Source of the DNA: a virus
Direction: 5' to 3' (one strand)
Virus record (IMG/VR): IMGVR_UViG_3300032245_001520
Location: 18,345 to 82,344 of that record
Length of the DNA stretch: 64,000 bases
The position numbers and the translations under genes were made by a program. Below, in pieces: positions 37,916-47,726 of the stretch. Each line of letters begins with the position of its first letter. Within the stretch, counting starts at the first letter, position 1. The notes below the pieces were generated by a model. That model was given only the letters and a program-made list of their open reading frames with translations, made no database searches and was not told the origin of the DNA.

Positions 37916-40900
37916 CTAAAATCCACCGGCGTCGAAGCTGACAACCGTTTTTAGCTGACCCGTGCTCAGGTCAACCACAACTCCCAACTGATTCGCAGCA
38001 GTCACAGTCGAGGTTGTCTGCAGCGGAGTGGAGAACAGGTTTCCTGTCAGAGTTCCACCAGACTTGGGCAGCGCCGCAGCAGCCAGATCGTAAGCAACCT
38101 TGACCGAGTTGGGTGTCGCAGCCGTTGTGGCAGAGGTTGAGGCAACGGAGTTGGTGAGTTGCAGCACACCGACTTCGGAGGTTGATCCCGTCGAGACACT
38201 GACGATAACGTTCGCCGGGTCTGTGGAGTTCACAGTGACAGGAGCGACGCCAGCCACTGTGTCAACGGTTCCCCCACCGCCACCGCCACCTGCGGTCCAA
38301 GTGAGCGGTGAGCCAGGACCGTTGGAGGTTAGGACCTGACCGGCAGCACCGACGCCTGAGGGCAGAGTGATCGGACCGGCAAGAGACAGTGAGCTGACTG
38401 TGCTCAGCAGGTCGATAGAACCGAAGCGAGCCGGTGTATCAATCAGAGCGCCTTCCAGCAGCGAGTTAGCCTTGTCGAACGTGGAGTCGTCAAGAATGAA
38501 ACTACCATTGAGGTTGAGGCGAGCAGCAGCGCCGGAGGGAGTGTAGAACTGGCTATTGCGCAGGAACGCAGTGGTTCCGAGAGCACTCGTAACGGCAGCG
38601 TTAGTCTCGCCAGTGGCAAACACGTTGCTCGTGTCGATAACAGTTGTCCCCAGGGTGAGAGTGACAGCACCGACGACAGGGCAACCGCTGGCAGAGAAGA
38701 CACCAGCAGCGTTGTTGATAGTAACAGGACCGATGCGACTATCGTCAACGTTGAAATAACCTGCACCCGTGATGTTCAGGGAGGACAGATTGGCCTCGAC
38801 ATCGAAGAACTGAGAGTAGCCATTGCCTGACTTGGTAAAGACGACGCCAGTATTGAGTGTGCACTCGTCAAGGTAAACTCCGCCAGCACCGCTGTGAGTG
38901 ATGTTGCCAAAGAACAGAACACCCGAGACGCGAACGCTGGAGGAGGCACCCGTGAAGGCGACTGTGCCGTTGATGGTGGCACCGGAGCGGTTGGCACCCA
39001 CGATGTCCAGGTTGAGGTCCGTAGCACCGATGGTCAGGTTCTCGGTGTAGGTGCCCTGGTGAAGCACAATGCGCTCGCCAGTGTTGCCAGCGGCGGTGAG
39101 AGCACGACCGATGGTCAGGAACGGTTGCTCTTCCGAACCAGTGCCGTTGGTGTCGTCACCGCCCACCGGGTCAACGTTCCACTCTTTGCTGTACTTGTGG
39201 AAGTTGGCACCGGAAGTGCGAGTGTAGCTAATGGGGTCGGTGCCGATAGTGTTGACGGTGGTGTACTGGGCGTAGGAAGTGCCACCATTGGTCGTTCCGT
39301 TGGAGACGAAGTACAGTGCGCCGTTGGGCAACTCGGCCGTAGAGTCAGCGTTGCTCGCACGGGTCAGCAGGGTTGTAGTCGTCCAGACGTAGACGCCGTT
39401 CTGGAAAGCGGAGGCCTGGTTCTTAACTAGAACTCGGTCGGTAGCACCAGTGCGAGCAACACCGTCGATGGTTGCCAGAGCAGTCCCAAGTGTCAGTGTG
39501 GCGCCGACGCCAGCAGTGCCGTTGTTGTAAGTGACGACCCCTGGAATGGCGACTGTGGTGGCGACTCGGACAGCGTCCTGAGGGCGAAGACCGCCAGAGA
39601 TCTGGTCGACGTAGAACTTCGAGGTCGGCGACTCGGGGGACGAGGGGATAGGGTTGCTGCCGTTGAGGAAGATCTCGCCGGAGAAGGTGCCACCCGAGAT
39701 GGGCATCGCAGCAGCAGCCAGGTCGTAGGCAGCCTTGACAGCGGTGTCGGTGGCGGCGACTGTGGAAGTCGCAGTGTTGGTGGCGTCGGAGAGTTGAACC
39801 GACCCTTTGACCAGCAGGGTACCGTCCTTGGTGTTGACGACGTTGTATCCACTAGGTTCACCTTCCAGCCAGTAGTAGGAGATGCCAGTGTCGAGAGCGA
39901 CGTAAAGCGTCTCAGGAACACCTAGCGCAGGGAAGGAACCGAAGTTGGCAAACTGGGCCACCCCACCAGCGGGGGCGTCACCCGGAGTGATCCACTCGAG
40001 AGCGGAACCAGTGGAACTGAGGACTTGACCCGCAGCACCGACGGTGCCCAGTCCGTCCAGAATGCCCGCACCCGGTTTGATATTCATCGCGCTGTCGCCC
40101 GTCAGCCAGGAAGCTGTGGAGTTAGGGGCGATGACGAGTTGACAGTTGGCAGTGGCGTCTGTAACAGCAGCACCGAAACCTACGGCCACGTTGTAGTTGC
40201 CGCTGGTGGCGTTGCCAGAGCAGGCACCCAGAGCGACGTTGCCGATGCCAGTGGTCAGAGCGTTGTTGGCGCTGAAACCGACGCCGGTATTAGGGTTCTC
40301 GCCATCCTCTGTGCTAGCGAAGACGACCCCCAGAGCAGTCGGAGTGGCAGTGTTGACGCCAACAATAGGATCAGCGGGGTTCTCGTTGTCAATCGTGATG
40401 GGCAGAGTGCCGGAAACGGACTGAACTCCGTCAGCAGCGTTCGTGATCCACTCAATGGCAGTGCCAGTGGAACTCAGGACTTGACCCGCAGTACCGAGGT
40501 TGCCGGCTGTGTCGCGAAGACCAGCACCGGGTTGGATGTGCTTGCTAGAGTCGCCCGTCAACCAGTTCTGACCGACGGCAAACGACAGTGCCATTTGGCA
40601 GTCGCCGTCTCCGACAGTGGCCTCGTATCCGAGCAGCAAGTTGCGGGAGCCGGTCTGGAGATCTTCACCAGCGTGAGCGCCAATAGCTGTGTTTCCACTG
40701 CCATTCACATCAAGAAGAGCATTGCCACCGATGGCAACGTTATCGCTTGACGCACCCGCCGCGAAAGCCATGGCGAAACTGCCGATGGCCAGGTTAGAGT
40801 TGCCAGTGGTGAGGGAGCAAGCAGTGCCATCACCGATGGCGACGTTCCTGCACCCCGTCGTGATAGCAGCGAGAGGAGCACAACCGATGGCAACGTTGTC

Positions 40901-43756
40901 TGCGCCGGTCAGTGTCGCAAACATCCCTGTTCCCAGGGCGACGTTGTTCTTGACTGTCTCTGTGCAACCTAGGACGAGACCGGCGACAGAGGGGGTAGCA
41001 TTGGGGGCACTGTAAGGTGTGACCCATTGAAGACCAGTAGCACAAGCACTGTTGGCACTGAGCACTTGGTTGTTGGTGCCGATCGAAAGAGCAGAGTAGG
41101 CAGAGGCACCCGTGGCAGCGAGGAGATCACCTTTGGTTGCGTAGGCACTCTTGGGGACCGCATCGCCAGCGAGAGTGTTTGCGTCATCTGCCAGGTCGTA
41201 GGCACTCTTAACGGCGGTGGAACTGGCTGCAGTGACCGAGGAAGTTGTGGAAACGCTGTCGCTGATGCCCTCAATCGTGCCACCCTCACCATTGTTGAAT
41301 GTGACCGACTCGCCTGTTGCGATGTTGACAGTCAGTGCATTTAGCTGCCCTGCCATCGTTCCACCGGCAAGTGCCAGGTAGGCAGCGGAAAGGGTGGCGG
41401 GAGTGACTGCCTTGGTGGCGTCGGTGCCAGCATCCACTTCGCCTTGAGTAGCGAGTTGAATGACACCGGGGAAGGTTGTGGAGGCGTAGCCTGGCTGATA
41501 ACCAACGTCCAGGAATTGCCAAACAGCACCATCGGAGAGGAACCAGTCACCGACGTGGGTCAGCGTAGGTGTGCCACCCGTGGGGGTCATGGTGCCGTTG
41601 ACAGTCACGATGACGAAGAACTCGGCGTTGCCAGCGGCAGCGGCAGGGAGGGCAGCGCCAGGGACGAACGGGGGGACGAGCGCGGCACCGGCACCGGTGA
41701 CCGTGACCAGCAACCCTGTGGAACCATCAATGGTGCCTGCCAGGGTCAGGTTGCTGGTAATGACCAGGTTGTCGATCTGATCCTGCAGCGCTTTACCTTG
41801 AGCAGCGGTCAGTGCCTCAGTCGTCGAGGTCGAAGTTACGGTGTTGACGAGTTGAACGACACCCGATTGCGAGGTCGAGGACGATTTGACACTGATGGTG
41901 CCAGAGGACACATCGATGTTGGTGCCCACTTGCACAACACCTTTGGCAGATGTGGTGGCATCTTGAATACCTGCGACGGGGAAGGTCTGACTCGCGTTGA
42001 AAGCGATATCGCCAGACATCGTACCACCTGCCTTGGGCAGGGCAGCATTTGCCAGGTCGTAGGCAGTCTTGACTGCGTTGGCAGTCGCTGCTTGAGCAGT
42101 GCTCGTGGAGTTGGTCGTGTCGTTGAGTTGAACAACACCCTTAGCGCCAGTCGTGGCGTCGGCGACGCTGATGACACCGTTCTCGACGTCGATGTTCGTT
42201 CCAACCTGAACGACACCTTTCTGAGCATCTGTCGCGTCCTGAATGCCAGCGACGGGGAATGTCTGACCGGAGTTGAATACGATGTCGCCGGTCATCGTGC
42301 CGCCTGCTTTCGGCAGAGCGTTATCAGCGGTGGTCTGAGCAGCACCAGCAGCGTCGTATGCCGACTTGACTGCACTCGGAGTGGCGGCGAGCGCGTCGGA
42401 GGTAGAGTCAGTGGCGTTGCTCAGACGGACCACGCCTTTCTGCAACAGGGTGCCGTCCTGAATATCGCCAACGGGAAGCGTCTGGTCTTCCGCGAAGGTG
42501 ATGACCCCAGTCATCGTACCACCAGAGAGGGGCAGAGCGGCGTTGGCCAGGTCGTAAGCAGTCTTGACGGAACTGGGAGTCGCTGCTTTGGTTGTGTCCG
42601 TACTGGTGACGGACGTCTCAAGGACGACGATGCCAGCAGTGGTGGTAGTCGCAGTGGGTTGCGTGCCGGCGAAGACGATGTCGCCGGTCATCGTGCCACC
42701 TGCCTTGGGTAGAGCAGCGTCGGCGGTTGCCTGGGCAGCGGCAGCGTCAGCCAGCGCCTGGGTGGCGTCGCCCTGGGCAGCGGCAGCGTCAGCCAGCGCC
42801 TGGGTGGCATCGCCCTGAGCAGTGTTGGCAGTTTCTTGTGCCTGAGTGGCGTCGAGAGCGGCAGAGTTGGCAGTGTTCTGAGCGGCCAATGCGTCGGCGA
42901 GTGCCTGAGTGGCATCGGTGCCAGCGGTGACTGCAACGTCGTAGGCAGACTTAACTGCGCTTGCTGTGGCAGCGAGAGTCGTGCTGGTGGAGTTGGTCGC
43001 GGCGCTCAGTTGGACAGCGCCCGCGACTGAGGTGGAAGCAGCGTTGATTCCGACGACCGGGTTAACAGGGTCGGTGTTGTTGACAGTGATGGGCGAGGTG
43101 CCAGACACGCTGTCTACGGAACCACCCCCGCCACCACCACCTGTGACCCAGGCAGTCGCGCCAGTGCCAGGGTCGGTCAGTGCCAGGACCTGGTTGATGG
43201 TGCCAGCGACGAGCGGAGAGGAGACTTTGGTGCCTGCAAACTGGTAAGTAATCTTGACTGCGTTGGCTGTGGCAGCGACGAGAGCAGAGTTGTCGGTGGT
43301 TGAGTCGCTGAGGCGCAAAACACCAGACTGAGTGGTGCTGCCAGTGCGGACAGAGACAACAGGATTGGCAGGATCGGTGTTGTTGACAGTGATGGCATTG
43401 CCAACGGGGGCAGTGACGCTGTCTACGGACCCACCGCCACCGCCACCGCCGCTACCCCACACGAGGCGATTTTGAGCGGCATTCCAGGTCGGGACCTGAC
43501 CGTTAGTCGGGGATCCGCCGTAGTAATTGGGTGAGATGAGGAAGGGGTTGTTGCTGGCAGCGGTGAGGGGGAACGAGAACCACCCTTGACCAGCGACGCC
43601 GGGGTTGGAGGTGCCGGTGAAGTCTGTCTTGAAGTTGCTGCCGTTGCCGATGTAAATGATCTTGTCTGCCATGTTATAGCAGACTTGCCCCGGTTGGAGA
43701 GCGAGAGGTTGCTCACCGGGGGTGAAAGAGCGTAGATTTAGGACTTGTACGGACAT
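37916..43756 (-). CDS. Giant tail fibre protein (1946 aa)
   Basis: Many KGVVQLxxxTxSTSxxxAATxxAVKxAYDLAxAALPKAGGTMTG fibre repeats, NxAxG repeats, a DRVLVKNQ..NGVY module and a beta-helix-like region; ends FDAGGF. Confidence 0.85.
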   Translation of the reverse strand: MSVQVLNLRSFTPGEQPLALQPGQVCYNMADKIIYIGNGSNFKTDFTGTSNPGVAGQGWFSFPLTAASNNPFLISPNYYGGSPTNGQVPTWNAAQNRLVWGSGGGGGGGSVDSVTAPVGNAITVNNTDPANPVVSVRTGSTTQSGVLRLSDSTTDNSALVAATANAVKITYQFAGTKVSSPLVAGTINQVLALTDPGTGATAWVTGGGGGGGSVDSVSGTSPITVNNTDPVNPVVGINAASTSVAGAVQLSAATNSTSTTLAATASAVKSAYDVAVTAGTDATQALADALAAQNTANSAALDATQAQETANTAQGDATQALADAAAAQGDATQALADAAAAQATADAALPKAGGTMTGDIVFAGTQPTATTTTAGIVVLETSVTSTDTTKAATPSSVKTAYDLANAALPLSGGTMTGVITFAEDQTLPVGDIQDGTLLQKGVVRLSNATDSTSDALAATPSAVKSAYDAAGAAQTTADNALPKAGGTMTGDIVFNSGQTFPVAGIQDATDAQKGVVQVGTNIDVENGVISVADATTGAKGVVQLNDTTNSTSTAQAATANAVKTAYDLANAALPKAGGTMSGDIAFNASQTFPVAGIQDATTSAKGVVQVGTNIDVSSGTISVKSSSTSQSGVVQLVNTVTSTSTTEALTAAQGKALQDQIDNLVITSNLTLAGTIDGSTGLLVTVTGAGAALVPPFVPGAALPAAAAGNAEFFVIVTVNGTMTPTGGTPTLTHVGDWFLSDGAVWQFLDVGYQPGYASTTFPGVIQLATQGEVDAGTDATKAVTPATLSAAYLALAGGTMAGQLNALTVNIATGESVTFNNGEGGTIEGISDSVSTTSSVTAASSTAVKSAYDLADDANTLAGDAVPKSAYATKGDLLAATGASAYSALSIGTNNQVLSANSACATGLQWVTPYSAPNATPSVAGLVLGCTETVKNNVALGTGMFATLTGADNVAIGCAPLAAITTGCRNVAIGDGTACSLTTGNSNLAIGSFAMAFAAGASSDNVAIGGNALLDVNGSGNTAIGAHAGEDLQTGSRNLLLGYEATVGDGDCQMALSFAVGQNWLTGDSSKHIQPGAGLRDTAGNLGTAGQVLSSTGTAIEWITNAADGVQSVSGTLPITIDNENPADPIVGVNTATPTALGVVFASTEDGENPNTGVGFSANNALTTGIGNVALGACSGNATSGNYNVAVGFGAAVTDATANCQLVIAPNSTASWLTGDSAMNIKPGAGILDGLGTVGAAGQVLSSTGSALEWITPGDAPAGGVAQFANFGSFPALGVPETLYVALDTGISYYWLEGEPSGYNVVNTKDGTLLVKGSVQLSDATNTATSTVAATDTAVKAAYDLAAAAMPISGGTFSGEIFLNGSNPIPSSPESPTSKFYVDQISGGLRPQDAVRVATTVAIPGVVTYNNGTAGVGATLTLGTALATIDGVARTGATDRVLVKNQASAFQNGVYVWTTTTLLTRASNADSTAELPNGALYFVSNGTTNGGTSYAQYTTVNTIGTDPISYTRTSGANFHKYSKEWNVDPVGGDDTNGTGSEEQPFLTIGRALTAAGNTGERIVLHQGTYTENLTIGATDLNLDIVGANRSGATINGTVAFTGASSSVRVSGVLFFGNITHSGAGGVYLDECTLNTGVVFTKSGNGYSQFFDVEANLSSLNITGAGYFNVDDSRIGPVTINNAAGVFSASGCPVVGAVTLTLGTTVIDTSNVFATGETNAAVTSALGTTAFLRNSQFYTPSGAAARLNLNGSFILDDSTFDKANSLLEGALIDTPARFGSIDLLSTVSSLSLAGPITLPSGVGAAGQVLTSNGPGSPLTWTAGGGGGGGTVDTVAGVAPVTVNSTDPANVIVSVSTGSTSEVGVLQLTNSVASTSATTAATPNSVKVAYDLAAAALPKSGGTLTGNLFSTPLQTTSTVTAANQLGVVVDLSTGQLKTVVSFDAGGF
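42730..42813. repeat. 42-nt tandem duplication within the fibre gene
   Basis: Two units with one mismatch, encoding DATQALADAAAAQG. Confidence 0.85.
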
Positions 43757-43766
43757 GGTGAGAACT

Positions 43767-44240
43767 TCAGGAAAGGGTACCGCAATCGATGAGAGAGATT
43801 TCAGAAGCGTCGTTTATTGTTACTCCTGCGCCGGAGCGGACGTAACCGTTGTCTTTCAGGTACGCCGTAACGGTACCGTTTACCCACCCGACAGTGACGA
43901 ACGCTGCCGGATTGTTCGGAACTTCTGCTTGAAGGTAAATCGGTCCTTCAAACACCCCGCCATTTTGGTCGATGCTGTCGGTGGGATAGGGGACAACTGC
44001 CACCCACTGTGAACTGTTTAAGTCTTTGTAGTAGATGTTTAGGTTACTCGTGACTGTAGAGTACCACAGAGAACCATTGATCGGGTTTGCCGGAGGGGAC
44101 GCCGACACGAACACAGGTGCGGAAGTGGGGGTCGTAACCTGGGTAGCAACCCATGATGTTCCATTCCACTTGAAAGTTCTGCCTGTGTTAGAATATACCT
44201 GCCCTAGAGCAGGATTTGGAGGAAACGTCAGTGCTGCCAT
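43767..44240 (-). CDS. Small fibre-associated protein
   Basis: FPPNPALGQVY...WNGTSW and PINGSLWY motifs; ends IDCGTLS. Confidence 0.65.
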   Translation of the reverse strand: MAALTFPPNPALGQVYSNTGRTFKWNGTSWVATQVTTPTSAPVFVSASPPANPINGSLWYSTVTSNLNIYYKDLNSSQWVAVVPYPTDSIDQNGGVFEGPIYLQAEVPNNPAAFVTVGWVNGTVTAYLKDNGYVRSGAGVTINDASEISLIDCGTLS

Positions 44241-44300
44241 TCGCCCTGGAGACTTCTTTGAGAGGTTTTACCCTTTCTTGTTGCGACCCTGCGGTAAACC

Positions 44301-45380
44301 TCAGGGGAAGGTATTTTCTTGACCCCAGTTGATGCCACCCGCGTCTGTCGGGTATGTGATTAACGGGGTTCCTCCCGTCAAATCCTGAGCATTTGCAGTG
44401 GTTAACCAGTTCGGGAACGTGTTATTTTGACCTACCGAACCGAATCCTGCCCTGTAGTCGGGTGTCAGATCCCCCGCAGTGTCGGTTGAAAAACCTGAAA
44501 AACCCTTACCACTCACACTATTGTAACGTTGCGGTGTCCGCCACGAACGCATGATACCTTCGGGAGTGTCAATCGCTGAGATGCCTGCCCCTGCTCGCGC
44601 AGCAGTCATCTTCATCTCTGCGTCGAGAGTCTTGAGCGCTACTTCGTAGTCCTTGTAGACGTCATCGCGACGACGCACCGTGTCGAGGTAGTACCGAGCG
44701 ATGATCATCGCAGTGCGACGACGACTGCTGGTGATTAAAAGTTTCCCAGATTTACCTGACTGCTCAATATAGCTGTCAATTAGCGCATTCGCGTCCTCAA
44801 TCGCCAGTCGCAGTTTTGCCACGTTGACGGTCGTCGCCGATGCATCATCAATGTTCGTGAGTTGGACCGCTTCCTTAAGACCGTACGCCATGATAAAGTC
44901 GTCCGGCGAGGCACTGCGAGGGTCAGACTTGCCGGGGGTGGCGACACCCGACCGGTTGTAATAGGGGTACCCCACCCCGGATACGGTCGCCCCGAGGTTA
45001 GAGTTGGCACGGGTGTTGTCGGTCTTCTCGTCAGGCGCTAGTTGATTGCGACCAGGGATTCTATAAAATGCCCTGACAGCATTGCGCTTGCGAACGACGT
45101 CGTTGGCAGTCGGCGGAACCGGACCCCGGAGGCACTGTTTCAGATCGAGTGGCGGTTCGTAGGACACGAAAATCTCGTCCCACGGCGACAGAAACGTTTC
45201 CAAACCGAGAGTCAGCATCGTGTCCGATGAGTACACCATCGTCGACACAGTGTGCTGACCATAGCACACAGTGAAACTCGACAGGGGCACCACGACTGTT
45301 GTGTCGAGGGGTGCGTCGAACCAGAGTATGACTGTGCCAGGGGTTGGCACTGTGACTTCTTTGATACCAGGGATTGCCAT
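44301..45380 (-). CDS. Mu gp36-like (DUF1320) head-tail adaptor with N-terminal Ig-like extension
   Basis: YGLKEAVQLT...AIEDANALIDSY...IARYYL...DYE.ALK.L. Confidence 0.7.
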   Translation of the reverse strand: MAIPGIKEVTVPTPGTVILWFDAPLDTTVVVPLSSFTVCYGQHTVSTMVYSSDTMLTLGLETFLSPWDEIFVSYEPPLDLKQCLRGPVPPTANDVVRKRNAVRAFYRIPGRNQLAPDEKTDNTRANSNLGATVSGVGYPYYNRSGVATPGKSDPRSASPDDFIMAYGLKEAVQLTNIDDASATTVNVAKLRLAIEDANALIDSYIEQSGKSGKLLITSSRRRTAMIIARYYLDTVRRRDDVYKDYEVALKTLDAEMKMTAARAGAGISAIDTPEGIMRSWRTPQRYNSVSGKGFSGFSTDTAGDLTPDYRAGFGSVGQNNTFPNWLTTANAQDLTGGTPLITYPTDAGGINWGQENTFP

Positions 45381-45384
45381 AACT

Positions 45385-45807
45385 TCAGGTGTACAGATAG
45401 TCGACTGGGGAGTTGGTTAGCGGAACGAATCTCTCCGAGACCCAGAATGCGTAGGCGCTCTTGTCTACTCGAAATGTGTATCCCTTCCGCACACTGTACA
45501 GGCACTGGGTGATATAGTTGGACGCCACTCTCAGAGGCATCTCATCTCGCCAGTTTACAGACCAGTCATCAATCGTGATCAAGTTGCCCACGATGGTGTA
45601 GTCAATCTGCCCCACAATATGTCCCCCTCGCTGCTCAAAGTTGGCGTAAGGCGGATTACTGTAGTCAAACGTCTGAGAAGTCCGGGTGTACAACTCGCCA
45701 TCCCACTTGACTTGCACATAGCGATGCTGCTCTGGCGGGTTGTCCAGATACAAGAAGTCCTGGCAGATCCACTCTGGATTCGCGATACCAGGGCGACGTA
45801 TTGCCAT
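45385..45807 (-). CDS. Hypothetical protein
   Basis: 140 aa ORF after the late motif at 45829. Confidence 0.6.
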   Translation of the reverse strand: MAIRRPGIANPEWICQDFLYLDNPPEQHRYVQVKWDGELYTRTSQTFDYSNPPYANFEQRGGHIVGQIDYTIVGNLITIDDWSVNWRDEMPLRVASNYITQCLYSVRKGYTFRVDKSAYAFWVSERFVPLTNSPVDYLYT

Positions 45808-45840
45808 GCTCCTCGGGACCTTTGAGTGGGTTTTACCCCG

Positions 45841-46197
45841 TCAGTACGCAGCGAGCACCATGTGGTTGCCCGAGATTGTCCTGATGACTTTCGGTCGGAA
45901 CGTGATACCCTCGACGACGATCGGTTTGTCAAACGTCGCAGTCTGGTTGAATCTCACTGTCTGAAGAAACACCCCTGGCGGGTGAACCTCGAACCCATCT
46001 GTGGTAAACCGACTCTCACCCAGAGTAAACTCCTCGCCTGCTGAAACCTTTTGTGTAGCGTACAATGACTGATAAACGGTGAGGTCTTGGACGACACCGA
46101 GCGACTGGTAGAAGACTGGTGCCATCGGGTTTGTGGCACTCTGTCCAAATCCGGGAACGTTGACGAATCCGGGGTCGTAATCCTGAACGAAGGTCAT
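45841..46197 (-). CDS. Hypothetical baseplate-associated protein
   Basis: Overlaps the stop of the spike gene. Confidence 0.55.
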   Translation of the reverse strand: MTFVQDYDPGFVNVPGFGQSATNPMAPVFYQSLGVVQDLTVYQSLYATQKVSAGEEFTLGESRFTTDGFEVHPPGVFLQTVRFNQTATFDKPIVVEGITFRPKVIRTISGNHMVLAAY

Positions 46198-47378
46198 GGT
46201 TTGGGTGGGCGAGGGAGCGAGGATAGGACAGTCTTGATGAACGCCTGCGGGTTCAGTATCTTGGCGAGCAGTCCTTTGGTGCTCTGCGGGATAAACGAGG
46301 CGATGGTGCTCTGCGAGTTGGTGCTGACGTACTGCGTCGGATCTTCAACACTCAGACCTTTTGTGATCGCAGCGAGCAGTTCCTTCTGAGCAGTCTTGAG
46401 CGCCTGACCGGCGAAGTTAAGACCTGGCACGGACGACGTCGCTGCTGAGATGTTCGGTGCGTACGAGGTGGTGAACGACCCTGCCACGTTGTCGGTGTAT
46501 CCGGTCTCTCGAACGAATGACAGTGCTGTGATCTGATCGAGCAGAGCAGGTTCGATGGTCGGCAGAGGTTTGGCGTCGCTCATGGGTGCGGGCGACCAGG
46601 CAGCATCGGCACCCCAAGGGTTGCCACGAGGGGCAGTGCCATACGCAGTCGGTTTGCTCATCTCCTGGTGACTGGTGACGAACACGTGGTCCCAACTCGA
46701 TGCTGCTTGAGCAGGCGACGGTCGGTTGCCCGAGGAGTCGACTTGACCGGTGACGTCGTTCGCCCCTGCGTGTCCGTGGGCAAGGTCGGAGTGGCGGACC
46801 CAGGTGTACTTGCCGTCGCGTCGGAGACAGACGCACACCCAGTCGGAGTTCATGGGTCCTCCCTCCTCGACGACCATACACCCGAGGTTGTTGGCACTCG
46901 GGGGTGGAAGTTTGCCTGCTTCGTACACAGGAAGGCGAGTCATGCTGCTGTTGTTCGGTATGACCATCTCTTTCGCTTTATCCGCCACGAGAAGTTGTGG
47001 ATCGTACACCACGTCCTGCAGCATGGCGTATTGATACTGACCAGAAGAAGCGACAATGTTGACTCTCTTGCCTACGAGTCCGGCAGGTTGACGACCCTCA
47101 AATGCAGGGGAAACGTCAATCCAGTGCGACTGATCAGGTTCCTCTCCTACTCGCCGTTCTGCGTACTGCCCGCCCCCGGTTAGTTGTGGAATGTCGGGAT
47201 TGAAGTCATCGAATATCACCTTGACGCGACCCTGGTTCTTGGGGTCCTCCACAGAAACAACAGTTCCCCTAAGTGTGCCTCGAGGTAACCCCGCAAATCG
47301 CGACGTTGCCTCGTACGCTTCCATCGCTGCCGCCAGATTTTGAACTAGCGGAATAGTTTTCAGCAGAGGGTTGGTCAT
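46194..47378 (-). CDS. Baseplate central spike/hub (gp5/Vgr-type OB fold)
   Basis: GTVVSVEDPKNQGRVKV OB-fold signature; HxH motif (HGH). Confidence 0.7.
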   Translation of the reverse strand: MTNPLLKTIPLVQNLAAAMEAYEATSRFAGLPRGTLRGTVVSVEDPKNQGRVKVIFDDFNPDIPQLTGGGQYAERRVGEEPDQSHWIDVSPAFEGRQPAGLVGKRVNIVASSGQYQYAMLQDVVYDPQLLVADKAKEMVIPNNSSMTRLPVYEAGKLPPPSANNLGCMVVEEGGPMNSDWVCVCLRRDGKYTWVRHSDLAHGHAGANDVTGQVDSSGNRPSPAQAASSWDHVFVTSHQEMSKPTAYGTAPRGNPWGADAAWSPAPMSDAKPLPTIEPALLDQITALSFVRETGYTDNVAGSFTTSYAPNISAATSSVPGLNFAGQALKTAQKELLAAITKGLSVEDPTQYVSTNSQSTIASFIPQSTKGLLAKILNPQAFIKTVLSSLPRPPKP

Positions 47379-47629
47379 TATTCTTTGAACTCAGAGAAAC
47401 GAGGCACATTGCGTGGCGTCCGTGTCTGCTTCGCCTCGAACACGGGGAACACGCGAGTCAGTGCGGGTGCGGGTGCTTCCTCTGGTGGGGGTGCTGGCTT
47501 GGGGTCCGGTTCCACCTTCGACTCCGGCACAGAGGGCACCTCCTCAACCACGACTGGCAATGCGTCAGTCTCTGTCTCTGCGACTTCCTCAGTCGATGTG
47601 AATCCTAGTGTCTTGCGTCGTGTCGTCAT
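47378..47629 (-). CDS. Small Pro/Glu-rich protein
   Basis: MTTRRKT start after the late motif at 47649; ends RFSEFKE. Confidence 0.5.
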   Translation of the reverse strand: MTTRRKTLGFTSTEEVAETETDALPVVVEEVPSVPESKVEPDPKPAPPPEEAPAPALTRVFPVFEAKQTRTPRNVPRFSEFKE

Positions 47630-47667
47630 TGTGTGGTTCTCTCTTCGTGGTTTTACCCGTGGGTTAT

Positions 47668-47726
47668 GGCATGTGCTGCGATCGATGTGTTCGATCGATC
47701 GATGCATCGAGCACATGTGCTGCGAT
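47668..47726. repeat. Palindrome cluster
   Basis: Shares a 26-nt core with 23422-23447; flanked by repeated ATGTGCTGCGATC. Confidence 0.8.

Noticed and set aside
44294-44299. GTTTAC after the gp36-like gene as a class-2 promoter
   Set aside because: No -10 hexamer at 16-17 nt spacing; a late motif follows instead.
14862-47726. Palindrome clusters as cyanobacterial HIP1 sites
   Set aside because: They contain CGATCG but not the full GCGATCGC octamer, and are clustered rather than dispersed.
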